Of a stretch of DNA of 64,000 bases, positions 48,419 to 59,293 are shown piece after piece (the first letter of the stretch is position 1; each line of letters starts with the position of its first letter). Below the pieces are notes generated by a model, which was given only the letters and a program-made list of their open reading frames with translations, was not told the DNA's origin and did not search any database. This DNA comes from an uncultured Gammaproteobacteria bacterium (GTDB lineage Bacteria > Patescibacteriota > Microgenomatia > Levybacterales > UBA12049). The translations under genes were made by a program, and so were the position numbers. The stretch covers positions 10,921 through 74,920 of the forward strand of contig CAZZCX010000002.1 of the NCBI GenBank assembly GCA_964653195.1. Reading direction: 5' to 3'.

Positions 48419-48869
48419 TTTGTGTTTTCCCTCCTTTCTTTATAAAACTCGTGGAAAGCACTGGTAATCGAACTTAGGGAGGCTATTAATATAAAATATT
48501 AAAGTTAACCTAAAACTAACTTACAGTCTTATCAACACTGTATGCATTATATCATATTTGGTTACTTTATTTATTGCCAAAAAGCAGACCAATAGACAGT
48601 ACCCCTTTTTATTAGACTAGTCCCTCTTTTCCAAGCCGATGCAGCATTAATTTCAAAGTCGTATTTACATTTAAGTTTTGTGCCTGAATCTTATGAATTA
48701 CGGCAATTTGAAAAATACTAAATATAATTAAAACCAAGAATTTAATTACTCTCATAAACTAATTATGTCAAAGCCATTTTGGTATTGCAAAATGTATTAA
48801 GCTCTATAAAATTAACAACTAATTTAACTTATTGCTAAAATTGACTTAAAAGTTTTATACTCACAATTA

Positions 48870-49652
48870 ATGAAGCCTAATTATAAAGAGTTCGCAATCA
48901 ATCTTGCACAAATGTCAGGTGAAATTATGCGAAAAAACTTTACTTTGGGAATGAATAAAGAATGGAAAAGCGATAATTCACCTCTTACGGTTACAGATAA
49001 GGCTATAAATAACTTAGTAATAAAGGAAGTAAATACCTTGTTCCCAGACCATTCAGTAGTCGCTGAGGAAGGAAGCAGTATTGTAAAAGAAAGTGACTAT
49101 ACTTGGGTTTGCGACCCGATAGATGGAACTTTCCCCTTTTCACATGGTTATCCTTGTTTCGTATTCTCACTTGCTCTAACTTATAAAGGAAAAAGTATAT
49201 TGGGAGTTATATATGATCCTATTATGGATCGAATGTTTTTTGCACAATCCGGAAAGGGAACTTATCTCAATGGAGCGAAAACTAGAGTTTCAAATAATAA
49301 GATTATACAAAATACCGTCTTAGACTCTGTCACATGGTCCGGAGCAAAATATGAATTATTTCCACTTTCTAGTTTGATTTCTAAATCAGGCGGCCACCCA
49401 TCTACGATACTGAGTGTTTGTTATACATCCGCACTTGTCGCCTGTGGCGAATTTAGTGCTTCAATATATCCTGATACAAAACCGTGGGATGCTGCTGCAG
49501 TAAAGATAATTGTCGAAGAAGCAGGTGGGATCGTAACTGATTTATTCGGCAATGATCAACACTATGATAAAAGTATAAATGGCTTTATCGCAAGTAACGG
49601 ATACGTACACAATCAATTGCTGAAACTCATTAAATCTTCTCTTAGCCAATAA
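48870..49652 (+). CDS. Inositol monophosphatase family protein (SuhB/IMPase-like)
   Basis: WVCDPIDGTFPFSHGYP metal-binding motif and a C-terminal WDAAAVKIIVEEAGG motif. Confidence 0.85.
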   Translation: MKPNYKEFAINLAQMSGEIMRKNFTLGMNKEWKSDNSPLTVTDKAINNLVIKEVNTLFPDHSVVAEEGSSIVKESDYTWVCDPIDGTFPFSHGYPCFVFSLALTYKGKSILGVIYDPIMDRMFFAQSGKGTYLNGAKTRVSNNKIIQNTVLDSVTWSGAKYELFPLSSLISKSGGHPSTILSVCYTSALVACGEFSASIYPDTKPWDAAAVKIIVEEAGGIVTDLFGNDQHYDKSINGFIASNGYVHNQLLKLIKSSLSQ

Positions 49653-49654
49653 TA

Positions 49655-52042
49655 CTAATCTGCGGGGACTGGCTGTGTGGTATGCTGACGAATCACTGAA
49701 TGTGACGCTGTTTTAGATTCGTTTTGTTTTTTCTTCATATTAAATGACTTTGTATAAGCAAGAGGAAATACCTCATCCATATGTGAAACAAATTTGAACT
49801 CTAGATCTTTTAGGACTTCTTTTGGTACATCTTCTAAATCTTTCTCATTCTCCTTAGGTAAAATGACTGTTTTCAAACCAGCTCTATGTGCAGCTATAAT
49901 TTTCTCCTTAACACCACCAATTTCAAGAACTTTACCTCTAAGAGTCACTTCCCCGGTCATACCTAGTGTTCGTCTTACAGGTACATGTGTTAATGCTGAA
50001 GCAATAGCTGTAGTGATGGCTATACCTGCTGAAGGCCCATCCTTAGGGGTTGCGCCTTCGGGTACATGTACATGAACATCTAGCTTTTGATAAAATTTAT
50101 CAGAAAGGCCTAAATAAGAAGCACGAGTTCTGATATATGACATAGCAGCTTGACAGGATTCTTTCATGACATCACCAAGCTGTCCTGTCAATATAAGTTG
50201 ACCTCGCCCTGGCATAAGAGCTACTTCAATAAAGAGAATATCTCCACCCGCTTCGGTCCAAGCTAAACCTGTCACTTGACCAACTTCATCTTTCTTTTCA
50301 ATAAGTGACGCACTGAACTTTATGGGGCCTAAGAACTTTGTTATATCTTTTTCTGTAACCTTTATCTTTTCTTTTTCACCCTCCGCTATTCTCTTGGCGA
50401 CTTTTCGAAAAACTGATGCTATTTTTCTCTCTAAATTTCTGACACCAGCCTCTCTTGTATAATGGAGAATTATAAACTTTAATGCTTCATCAGTAAGATC
50501 TATCATTTCTGTTTTCAAACCATGAGCTTCCATTTGTTTTTTAATTAAATAATTTTTTGCTATTTTAAACTTTTCATCTGAAGTGTAGCCTGCAAAATGA
50601 AGAATTTCCAAACGATCGCGAAGTGCTGGTGGAATTGTGTCCAAAACATTTGCAGTAGTTATAAACATAACATCGGAAAGGTCAAATGGCACTTCTAGAT
50701 AATGGTCTGAGAATTGGGAATTCTGCTCCGGATCCAGTGCTTCAAGAAGCGCAGATGAAGGATCTCCACGAAAATCAGTACCTACTTTATCGATCTCATC
50801 TAGCATAAATACCGGATTTTTAGTACCTGCATCTTTAATACCTTGGATAATTCTCCCTGGCAAAGCACCAACATAAGTTCTCCTGTGACCACGTATCTCA
50901 GCCTCATCTCTAATGCCTCCTAATGAAACTCTTACAAATTTTCGTCCAAGAGCACGGGCAATTGATTTACCTATAGATGTTTTACCTACTCCGGGAGGAC
51001 CAGCAAAGCAAAGAATAGGACCTTTGATCTTTCCAGCCAATTGATGAACAGCCAAATATTCAACAATTCGTTCTTTAGCTTTTTTGAGAGCATAATGATC
51101 CTCATCCAACATCTTTTCAGATGTTTTAATATCAGACTCATATTTACTTTCTTTATTCCAAGGAACACTAACCAACCAATCCAGATAATTTCGTATATAT
51201 CCCACTTCAGGGTTAAACTGATTCATACCAGAAAGCTTCTTAACTTCTTTTTCTGCTTTCTCACGAACTTCATCCGGCATACCTGAAGTCTTAATCTTCG
51301 TTAAAATTTCTTTTGTATCATCATCAACATCTGTATCACTTAATTCTTTCTGAATTGTCTTAAGTCTTTCGCGCAGCATCGCTTCACGAGCACCTTTTTC
51401 AAATCTTTCTTGTGTCTTTGATGCAATTTTTTTCTCAAGTTCCAATACTTTAATTTCTTTACCTAATAAATCTGCTAATTTCTGAAGCCTTACTTTAACG
51501 TCGGAAATCTCTAAAAGTTCTTGACGTTCTACTGGTTTTAAATCTAAAGCTGATGCAATCAAGTCTGATAATTCAGAAGGTGAATTTTCAGACATAATAT
51601 TCATAAATACAAGAAAATCAGCAGATTTACCGAAATTCATAGCTCTACGGAATTCATTCGTCAAATGATTACAAAGCGCTTGAGTTTCTGGAGTATTTTC
51701 AATAACCTCTGGTATTTCCTCAACCTTAGCCATCAAAAATGAGTCATGCGTTTCAAAAGATAATATTTTAACACGCGATAAACCTCTCACTTGTGCGTTT
51801 ATTTCACCATCTGCCCGAATCATTCGTTCAATACGGGAAAGAGTACCTATCTCAAACAAATCGTTTGTCGAGGGATCATTTACACGGGAATTTTTTTGAA
51901 GTACAAAACAGACTATCCTTTCATGCTTAAATGATGTTTCTAATGCTGCAAGGCTTTTAGGTCTTCCAAAAGTCAGAACTGAATCAGTATTTGGGAAAAT
52001 GATACCGTCTCTGATAGGTATTATCGGAACAATTTTTTCCAT
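49655..52042 (-). CDS. lon: ATP-dependent Lon protease
   Basis: LON N-domain, AAA+ Walker [10 protein letters not shown] and Walker B MLDEIDK, and the S16 catalytic motif [19 protein letters not shown] with a downstream Lys. Confidence 0.95.
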   Translation of the reverse strand: MEKIVPIIPIRDGIIFPNTDSVLTFGRPKSLAALETSFKHERIVCFVLQKNSRVNDPSTNDLFEIGTLSRIERMIRADGEINAQVRGLSRVKILSFETHDSFLMAKVEEIPEVIENTPETQALCNHLTNEFRRAMNFGKSADFLVFMNIMSENSPSELSDLIASALDLKPVERQELLEISDVKVRLQKLADLLGKEIKVLELEKKIASKTQERFEKGAREAMLRERLKTIQKELSDTDVDDDTKEILTKIKTSGMPDEVREKAEKEVKKLSGMNQFNPEVGYIRNYLDWLVSVPWNKESKYESDIKTSEKMLDEDHYALKKAKERIVEYLAVHQLAGKIKGPILCFAGPPGVGKTSIGKSIARALGRKFVRVSLGGIRDEAEIRGHRRTYVGALPGRIIQGIKDAGTKNPVFMLDEIDKVGTDFRGDPSSALLEALDPEQNSQFSDHYLEVPFDLSDVMFITTANVLDTIPPALRDRLEILHFAGYTSDEKFKIAKNYLIKKQMEAHGLKTEMIDLTDEALKFIILHYTREAGVRNLERKIASVFRKVAKRIAEGEKEKIKVTEKDITKFLGPIKFSASLIEKKDEVGQVTGLAWTEAGGDILFIEVALMPGRGQLILTGQLGDVMKESCQAAMSYIRTRASYLGLSDKFYQKLDVHVHVPEGATPKDGPSAGIAITTAIASALTHVPVRRTLGMTGEVTLRGKVLEIGGVKEKIIAAHRAGLKTVILPKENEKDLEDVPKEVLKDLEFKFVSHMDEVFPLAYTKSFNMKKKQNESKTASHSVIRQHTTQPVPAD

Positions 52043-52066
52043 ATTTTTATAATGTATTGAGGTTAT

Positions 52067-52100
52067 TTAGCAATCTATCATATGAATTGCTAATTGTCAA
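52067..52100 (-). promoter_or_regulatory. lon promoter (-35 TTGACA, 17-nt spacer, -10 TAGATT) overlapped by an inverted repeat TTAGCAAT-N11-ATTGCTAA (CIRCE-like operator candidate)
   Basis: On the minus strand the order is TTGACA (52100-52095), a 17-nt spacer, then TAGATT (52077-52072). The IR arms are at 52067-52074 and 52086-52093. It lies 25-58 nt upstream of the lon ATG. Confidence 0.4.
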
Positions 52101-52220
52101 CCCCTAATCTTATTAACTAGATTAATAAACTCTGTTTAGACCTCCACAGATTAACAAGTGTATTTAATAATATCAAGTCATCAAAGTATACCAAAATACA
52201 TTTTCTGATTCTACTTATCA

Positions 52221-52583
52221 CTAAGTTATATTCTTTTTTACGACTTTTAATAGTGCGTTGATTTCGAAAGGTTTTTCAATGATATCATTTATGTATACGT
52301 TATCAACTAACTCTGATGCATTTGTTTTAGCAGTCAATAAAACTACCGGAGTTTGAATATTTAGTGAATCCGAGCGTATTTTTTTACATATCATGACACC
52401 ATCTCCACCCCATAGCGACATATCGAGAAGTATTAAGTTAAATTTGACTTCACTAATCAACTTTAAAATTTCTTTATAATCATTAGGCACAATCACATCA
52501 AATGCATTATCTTTGAGTATCAAAGATACCACTTCCGCAATCCCCGCGTCATCTTCAGCTAAAAGAATTTTCTTGTCCAGCAT
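52221..52583 (-). CDS. Stand-alone response-regulator receiver domain (CheY-like)
   Basis: KILLAEDD...LILLDMSLWGGDG...VVLLTAK gives the phospho-acceptor Asp and conserved Lys pattern. There is no output domain. Confidence 0.8.
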   Translation of the reverse strand: MLDKKILLAEDDAGIAEVVSLILKDNAFDVIVPNDYKEILKLISEVKFNLILLDMSLWGGDGVMICKKIRSDSLNIQTPVVLLTAKTNASELVDNVYINDIIEKPFEINALLKVVKKNIT

Positions 52584-52777
52584 GTCGGTACAATAAATTG
52601 CACTTAATATTAACAGATTTCATCAAATTATCAAATCAATCTTCGTTTATCATTATTACGAATCTATATTTTACTCTGATAAATATTTTTTTGCAGAGTC
52701 CAAGCACATACATGGATTATAATACTGAGGCTGGATGTTGAGGGTAATCCTATCACTTTTTCAATACGTTAATCACT

Positions 52778-52987
52778 TTAATTTCCCTTAAAGCCGGTTA
52801 TTGATTCCCCTGATGTTAATATCATTATATTAGGACCAACATTAATTGTCGGATTAGGATTTATTGAATGCGATATAGCTTGAGCATCTACAGCTACTAT
52901 GCGCACAAATAGTTTAATGCCAAAAATTACAAGAAACCCAACTATAGCTTTTATCATATACTCTTTTCTCCAAAAAAAATTTATCAA
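52778..52987 (-). CDS. Possible small secreted peptide (doubtful)
   Basis: The 69-aa ORF has an internal Met giving MIKAIVGFLVIFGIKLFVRIVAVDAQA..., which is signal-like. It sits in a 640-bp region that is otherwise noncoding. No other support. Confidence 0.2.
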   Translation of the reverse strand: MINFFWRKEYMIKAIVGFLVIFGIKLFVRIVAVDAQAISHSINPNPTINVGPNIMILTSGESITGFKGN

Positions 52988-53223
52988 CTTATTTATTATA
53001 AGTCATAAGAGTATTAATGAGGTAAAAGAAAAGTAAGAAGTAGACAATAATCAACGTACCCAAACCCTAGCATAAGCAGGTTTTTTTGGTATTAGTATTT
53101 CTATTAATTTACCGATAAATTTTTTGATCAAGAAAATCACCCCATTTCTTTTATTACGAATATAGAAAGGGACGGCTAATTATATATTTCTGCTTTCTTT
53201 ACATAATTAAGGCAGGTCCGAAT

Positions 53224-54243
53224 CTACCAGTATTTCCAAGTTTGGTACTTTTCAAGTAATTGTTCTTCTGTAATATCTACGCCTGCTATGCCTAAGCTCT
53301 TTTGGTAACCAAGATCAAGTATTTGAGAAACCCATAGATCACGCTCAATTATTCCTGGCGCACCCAAAAGCACAGCCAATAACTTTTTTCCATTCCTTTC
53401 TGCAACTACACTAGTCGTTTTCAATGCATTGTCAGTATTTCCTATTTTTACACCAGTTAACCCAGGATAAACTCCGATAAGTCCGTTCCAATTATATAAA
53501 TCGAATCGCTTATGAAATTCATTCGCAGGCAATAATTCATAATCATCTTTTACAAGCTCTTTTATTAATGGATAATTTTCAAGAGCATAGTGAGTCATAA
53601 TCGATACATCGTATACGCTGCTTAAATGCAAGTCAGCATCAAATCCCTGCGGATTAGTAAAATAAGTATCCTTAAGTCCCAAAAAATCAGCCTTTTCATT
53701 CATAGCCCGGATGAATACTTTGTCATTATATTTTTTATCTATTCCTTCTCTTATTACTTCAACTGCATCATTTGCAGACGTCAGAAGCGCTGCCTGCAAT
53801 AATTCATCGAGCGTTAATTGTTCACCTTTCTGTAAACCTATTTTGGTAGGAATAATTCGTGCTGCTTTTTCAGAGACTATAAATCTCTCAGAAGGTTTTG
53901 CCAAATCCAAAGCAACTATTGCTGACATAATTTTAGTTAATGATGCTATGGGTAGTTTCTGTGTTAAGTTTTTTGATGCAAGTACTTTTCCTGATTCGTA
54001 ATCAACTACAGCATAAGCTGAAGCCATTTCATAATCATCAGAGGCACTAGCCTGAGGCATAAAACTTGAATCCTTTTTTAATTTATAAATAGATGGGTAT
54101 TTTTGTAATCTTGGAATTACTTTATCAATAAAAGCATCAGAATTAGTTGGTATAGGTAAAATTAGTTTTGGCATACGTAGTCCAGCTAATTGTAAAGTCA
54201 CTATCATAAATATAGCTATAAAAGTTCCCAATAAAATTTTCAT
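53224..54243 (-). CDS. Serine-type D-Ala-D-Ala carboxypeptidase (S11/PBP5-like)
   Basis: SxxK motif ASLTKIM, SxN motif TSANDA, and a KTG-like VKIGNT. It has an N-terminal signal or TM. Confidence 0.75.
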   Translation of the reverse strand: MKILLGTFIAIFMIVTLQLAGLRMPKLILPIPTNSDAFIDKVIPRLQKYPSIYKLKKDSSFMPQASASDDYEMASAYAVVDYESGKVLASKNLTQKLPIASLTKIMSAIVALDLAKPSERFIVSEKAARIIPTKIGLQKGEQLTLDELLQAALLTSANDAVEVIREGIDKKYNDKVFIRAMNEKADFLGLKDTYFTNPQGFDADLHLSSVYDVSIMTHYALENYPLIKELVKDDYELLPANEFHKRFDLYNWNGLIGVYPGLTGVKIGNTDNALKTTSVVAERNGKKLLAVLLGAPGIIERDLWVSQILDLGYQKSLGIAGVDITEEQLLEKYQTWKYW

Positions 54244-54265
54244 GTTTTAAAATATTCTTACTCAA

Positions 54266-55582
54266 CTAACGGATTTCTGAAAATGTTCTACTATCGGCTA
54301 AATTCTTGACACCAAACTTTTCTTGCAATACAGACCAAAGCTCTGACTTGCCTGAATCAAAACCCAAAGCCCAAATTCCTACACCTGCTAAATCTTGAGA
54401 TTTTGCGAAATCATATTTAACTCCCAATGATCTAGCATCATCAATAAATATCATCCTCCAGGCATCAACATCAGATACATAATAGGCTTTCCAGCCTACT
54501 TGCCCTAATTCATCCCACCCTTCACGATCAGCCTTAATCGTATCTGTTGCTATTTCATATGTTTGAACCATTGGTTTGCCCCTCCAGGACCAACTCGGAA
54601 GCGTTTCAGCTTTCACTCGTGGCTCATCATATACGAGATAGTTATAGCCATAATAAGGTACTCCAAGTATAATTTTATTTGCCGGCATTAATTTTTTAAA
54701 ATCTTCAATTGCAGTTGCAATATCATAACTATATTTTCCTTCTTTATGACCATATAAAGGTGAAGTAGGCATAGCATATTCGCTTCCTTTTACCGCAAAA
54801 TCATAAGCCATCATAAATACCCCATCAGCACTTTCACCAATTCTTGAAATATCATAAAGTTTTTGCTGTTTGGCTGATGATGCGTAAACCGATACTGTCA
54901 CATATGAATCTGGTATTTCAGAATGCATTTGAGAAGTTAATTCTGAAACAAATTCACTGAATTGTTCCTTGTAAGTAGCATCTGGTGTCCCAACATATTC
55001 CACGTCAATATTCACACCATCTATCCCTCTTTCTCTTACTTCATAAATAGTTTCTTTTATAGTTTTTTGTCTTGCGTCCTTACTACCTAAGAAGGATTTG
55101 ATAGTGTCATTGTCCATGCATGTAATAGTTAGTATCACCTTGACACCGTTGTCATGTGCTTTTTTAAAAACATCTGTCGCTTTTTTACTTTTAAAAACTG
55201 TATATCCATAGTCATCTCGATCTAAACCTCCAATATCTTTAATTGGAACACCGAAGTATGCAAAAGTAGTTAATGAAGAAAAATTGACGGAATCTAGCTT
55301 ATTTATAGTCCAGTAGGGAGCAAATCCAAATACTTCATAGCTTGAGTTCTGTGACTTATTAAGTGGCTTTAATGAAACGAATTGGGAAACAATAGGCGAT
55401 ATATATTTACCAACATCATCTATTGTTAAACCAATAACGAAAAAAAGAGCTGTTAAACCAAGTGAGAAAGTGATTAAAGTCCAAATTTTCTCTAAATTTG
55501 ATTTTCGCGGACTTTTAATCAAAGAATGTATTGACACATCTTTTTCTAAAATTTTATGCTTTTTTGATGGCATCCCAAACAT
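54266..55582 (-). CDS. Glycoside hydrolase family 18 (chitinase/peptidoglycan hydrolase-like) with an N-terminal TM anchor
   Basis: GH18 catalytic motif DGVNIDVEY (DxxDxDxE) and an N-terminal hydrophobic anchor. Confidence 0.7.
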   Translation of the reverse strand: MFGMPSKKHKILEKDVSIHSLIKSPRKSNLEKIWTLITFSLGLTALFFVIGLTIDDVGKYISPIVSQFVSLKPLNKSQNSSYEVFGFAPYWTINKLDSVNFSSLTTFAYFGVPIKDIGGLDRDDYGYTVFKSKKATDVFKKAHDNGVKVILTITCMDNDTIKSFLGSKDARQKTIKETIYEVRERGIDGVNIDVEYVGTPDATYKEQFSEFVSELTSQMHSEIPDSYVTVSVYASSAKQQKLYDISRIGESADGVFMMAYDFAVKGSEYAMPTSPLYGHKEGKYSYDIATAIEDFKKLMPANKIILGVPYYGYNYLVYDEPRVKAETLPSWSWRGKPMVQTYEIATDTIKADREGWDELGQVGWKAYYVSDVDAWRMIFIDDARSLGVKYDFAKSQDLAGVGIWALGFDSGKSELWSVLQEKFGVKNLADSRTFSEIR

Positions 55583-55745
55583 ACCTTTTGTTATTGCTGA
55601 GTTATCCTATAATATTTTCAGCGAACACAGTGGTATGTTATAAGAAACCTTATATTATGTCAAGACCTATATAAAAATTCAATAATAAATGAGTAAGAAG
55701 ATCGTAATAATACATTTTATATATTGATGAGATAGGCCTGGAGTA

Positions 55746-57089
55746 TTATAATTTAATTTGTATATCCTTATATGTTAGAAGATCTAAAGCAGACGCAGCA
55801 CTCCATGCTTGAACTCTGCAACTTTCTTGACCTAATGAATTTTTATAGATATCGTATTCACCGTTATCTTTTTTTACATATAACTCTATCGGAGATCCAA
55901 AATAAAAAATAGGCTTTAGTGTTGCTGATTTAAGAACATTCGCTTCATGAAAAAATCCAACGTTTACTAACCCTTCATGACTCATACCATTTAGCTTGGG
56001 CCAAAAGCTTCCATTATGATAAGAATTTTGGCCAGAAATATAATTTTCTGACGAAGTGCTCATAGTTCGAATTCCAGCATCCTCATCAAACATATCTTCA
56101 CGAAATGCTCTCTTTACAATATAAGGCACGTATTTATTTTCCAATATACTGGTCACTTTTCCATTTTTCTTGTAAGCTGCCCAGAACAATAGTAGTGGAT
56201 TACCTGTTATAGTACGAATTTGATTTTTTAACCCATCAAGTGCTTGAGCAGCATAATAATTTTTTCCCTCACGAAAAATAAAAAGCTTATTAAATTGTTT
56301 TCTTAATCCTTTTGCTTGTAAGCTTAATGCTTTTGCAAACCGTTTAGTTTTGGCTGCATGTAATTTCTTGTCATTATAATAATCAGCCCATAAACGAAGA
56401 GCTAACCACGCATAGCCTTGGACCTCAACAGGTGCTATTGGATACTCCGGAAAATTTCCTGATGAATCGCTCATTGACTCTTTAGAATCAGTCCAGGACT
56501 GTACTGCCAAGCCACCATGCTGCCTATCGAGAGGAAGTACATATTCAAGAAGATAATCTTTATCTCTATCTCCATAAGTTATTATCCAGTTCAAGCCAGA
56601 TTCAACTGCAGAAATTGCAGAAAAAAGAAATTCATCATCACGTGTCATCTCCCAATATTTAAATATTGCGATCAATGTAAGCGGCGTTGAATCCAAAGAA
56701 TCATAATTTCTCATAATACCGTCAGGATAAATATACCAAGGTTTTTCCATTTGCAATAATCGCTCATAATTATCTGGACGATACTCGTGTATAAATTTAC
56801 CAGGTTCCTCACCTGATTCTATATTTGTTTCTTTACCTTGAAGATCGACCATTGCCTTGAGGCCTTTTTTGCAAATATGTAATAGTCTTTCTTTTTCCTC
56901 GTCTGAAGTTATATATTCATTTTTACATACTTTAAGAATTTTAAGTATAGTTATTGCGCTATCTCTTCCAAAAATACATCCATAAATATCATCTTTTCCG
57001 GATGCATTTATTCCTTTCTCATGCGAAAGATCTAATATATTTTCATAAATTGATTGACGCATGATTGATTTATCCACGGGCAGTGTCAT
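55746..57089 (-). CDS. (alpha/alpha)6-barrel glycoside hydrolase (GDE_C/GH15/GH63-like)
   Basis: The YGCIFGRDSAITIL motif resembles the W/F-G-R-D motif of amylo-alpha-1,6-glucosidase/GH63-type six-hairpin enzymes. The acidic C-terminal half is consistent. Judged by eye. Confidence 0.5.
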   Translation of the reverse strand: MTLPVDKSIMRQSIYENILDLSHEKGINASGKDDIYGCIFGRDSAITILKILKVCKNEYITSDEEKERLLHICKKGLKAMVDLQGKETNIESGEEPGKFIHEYRPDNYERLLQMEKPWYIYPDGIMRNYDSLDSTPLTLIAIFKYWEMTRDDEFLFSAISAVESGLNWIITYGDRDKDYLLEYVLPLDRQHGGLAVQSWTDSKESMSDSSGNFPEYPIAPVEVQGYAWLALRLWADYYNDKKLHAAKTKRFAKALSLQAKGLRKQFNKLFIFREGKNYYAAQALDGLKNQIRTITGNPLLLFWAAYKKNGKVTSILENKYVPYIVKRAFREDMFDEDAGIRTMSTSSENYISGQNSYHNGSFWPKLNGMSHEGLVNVGFFHEANVLKSATLKPIFYFGSPIELYVKKDNGEYDIYKNSLGQESCRVQAWSAASALDLLTYKDIQIKL

Positions 57090-57318
57090 AAGCTAAAAAC
57101 TTGAATAATAGGATGTATACAAAACAATAACAAAGCAACAAATTCATGTCAAGCTGATGTGTAGCTAGTTTGAAGCTATCTTAAATGAAGATTTAAATAC
57201 TAAAAATAATATATTAACACTAATAATTATAAATAACATTTAAAAATTTGTAAGGATTAGGCAAGAAACTGCTCTGCTTGATTGTAATTATTGGTATTAT
57301 TGCTATAATTGGTTTGTT

Positions 57319-57993
57319 ATGACTCAGTCTATTTTAATAGTAGAAGATGACAAAGGACTTCAGAAATACTTAAGAGAACTGCTGTTAGATAATGGTTATG
57401 CAGTACAAATCGCAGGAGACGGAATAATAGCTTTAAATAGCCTCACAAAAACACAACCTGATCTCGTAGTACTAGACCTAGGCTTACCAAATATGTCGGG
57501 AGAAGCAGTATGTCTTGAAGTTCGGAAAAAATACAAAGATTTGCCTGTCATCATTCTTACAGCAAGAGATAGCATATCTGATATTGTTCAAGGCTTAAAT
57601 CTAGGCGCAGATGATTACATTACTAAGCCTTTTGTGGCTGATGAATTTCTTGCAAGGATAAAAGCACGACTAAGAAGACAAGGGGGAGACTCTGATGCTT
57701 TGTTAAAAGTAGCAGATCTTGAATTAAACAATAAAACACTAGAGGTAAAACGTGAAGGGCAAATTATTCAACTTACTCCACAAGAGTTTAAGTTATTACA
57801 GTATCTAATGAATAATAAAGGACGAATTTTGACGCGAGAAATGATACTGAACCGAATTTGGCTTTACTCATCAGATGTAGAGACGCGCGTTGTGGATGTT
57901 TATATGGGATATCTGCGTAAAAAAATTGACAACAATCACCCAAAAAAACTTCTTCACTCTATCCGCGGTTTCGGGTATGTAATTAAAGAATAA
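57319..57993 (+). CDS. OmpR/PhoB-family response regulator
   Basis: Receiver domain (ILIVEDD...VVLDLGLP...LTAR) plus a winged-helix trans_reg_C domain (ILTREMILNRIW...VDVYMGYLRKKI...IRGFGY). Confidence 0.9.
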   Translation: MTQSILIVEDDKGLQKYLRELLLDNGYAVQIAGDGIIALNSLTKTQPDLVVLDLGLPNMSGEAVCLEVRKKYKDLPVIILTARDSISDIVQGLNLGADDYITKPFVADEFLARIKARLRRQGGDSDALLKVADLELNNKTLEVKREGQIIQLTPQEFKLLQYLMNNKGRILTREMILNRIWLYSSDVETRVVDVYMGYLRKKIDNNHPKKLLHSIRGFGYVIKE

Positions 57994-57994
57994 T

Positions 57995-59161
57995 TTATTT
58001 GTTTTTGCTATATATTGCCTTAGGTAAGATAATTTTTATTGTTGTTCCTTTACCCATCCTTGACTCTATATTGATTACACCCCTATGTTGCCGAATAACA
58101 TTCTCTACAAAAAAAAGACCCCATCCAAACCCTTCTTCTCCACTCCCTCCCACATGATGTCCATCAAATATATTCGGTAAATCTTTTTCATCGATACCTT
58201 TCCCAAAATCTTTAATCGATAAATTAAAACCTTTTCCTTCCTTTTTTAAAGTTATCTCTACTGGTGAATCGGAAGGGGAATATTTAAGCGCGTTATCCAA
58301 TACATTTACAACAGCCTGGGTCAATCTTTCACTATCTCCAACAATTTTCGAATCAGATTTAAGGTAATTTTTATAATTTATTAATCGACTATTCTGTATC
58401 TTTTTTGTTATATTTATACTTTCCCTGACTAAATCATCTAACTCACATTCCTGCCAACGAAATTGCAGCTGACCCGCTTTCATTCTATTTACCTCCAGTA
58501 TCTCCTTAACGAGTAACATCATTCTTTTGTTCTCTTCATTTAAAGCATCAATCCATTTACCAGTGACATCATCACGATTTGAAAGTTTGCTATGTAGTAA
58601 CTGTATATATCCGCTTATCGAAGTTAAAGGAGTTCTAAGCTCATGTGCAGCCATAGAAATAAACATATCTCGAATCTCAAGAGCTTTTGTAGTTTCATTG
58701 TGTAATTGTGCTTTTTTAATAGCCAGGCTAGCCATAGATCCAAAAACTCTTAGCATATCAATTTGTTTCTTAGAAAAGTGTTCTTTCTTTAATGATAAAA
58801 CACTTAAAACCCCAATACTATTGCCATGATAAGAGAGAGGAATAAGGATAACTGATTGAATACCTACTTTCTTAATCAAAGCATTTACTTTTGTTTTTGA
58901 CGTTATATGATTAACAATGAGTTTTTTATTTTTATACGATTGCTCTAAAGTACCATTTTTGCGCACCTTTATTGAATGAAAAAAATTATCTGATACATAA
59001 ACAGGCAATAATTGCTCACCGTTTCCTAGCAAAATTGAACCATATTCAGCATCCATGAGATTCATAGCCTGCTCCACAATAACCCGGTAAGTCTCCTTTG
59101 GGGTTATATCATCTAACAATATAAGACCAGCAGCATTAATTCTTTCTAAGGCTTTTTCCAT
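57995..59161 (-). CDS. Sensor histidine kinase with an N-terminal GAF-like domain
   Basis: H-box AAHELRTPLTSISGY, N-box NVLDNALKYS, and G-boxes DFGKGI and GGSGEEGFGWGL. It is convergent with and overlaps the response-regulator gene. Confidence 0.85.
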   Translation of the reverse strand: MEKALERINAAGLILLDDITPKETYRVIVEQAMNLMDAEYGSILLGNGEQLLPVYVSDNFFHSIKVRKNGTLEQSYKNKKLIVNHITSKTKVNALIKKVGIQSVILIPLSYHGNSIGVLSVLSLKKEHFSKKQIDMLRVFGSMASLAIKKAQLHNETTKALEIRDMFISMAAHELRTPLTSISGYIQLLHSKLSNRDDVTGKWIDALNEENKRMMLLVKEILEVNRMKAGQLQFRWQECELDDLVRESINITKKIQNSRLINYKNYLKSDSKIVGDSERLTQAVVNVLDNALKYSPSDSPVEITLKKEGKGFNLSIKDFGKGIDEKDLPNIFDGHHVGGSGEEGFGWGLFFVENVIRQHRGVINIESRMGKGTTIKIILPKAIYSKNK

Positions 59162-59293
59162 AATTTGTTAATCGATTACATTATCCGGTAAATATATAAA
59201 AATTCAAGTGCAAATATCGCTAAATGAAGCATTCTTATAGTTCTCTTACATTTTCATTATTTGATTATTATTGGTAAGTTGTAACTTATTTAA

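Noticed and set aside
42195-51286. Other nested ORFs (42195..42428, 43368..43583, 43939..44148, 45354..45686, 47058..47240, 48079..48282, 49794..50075, 50986..51168, 51041..51286, 53711..54001, 58527..58829, 60790..60975, 62771..62974)
   Set aside because: All are embedded in longer, motif-supported genes (for example inside lon, the HK, GH18, the RRM gene and the MFS gene). None has independent support.
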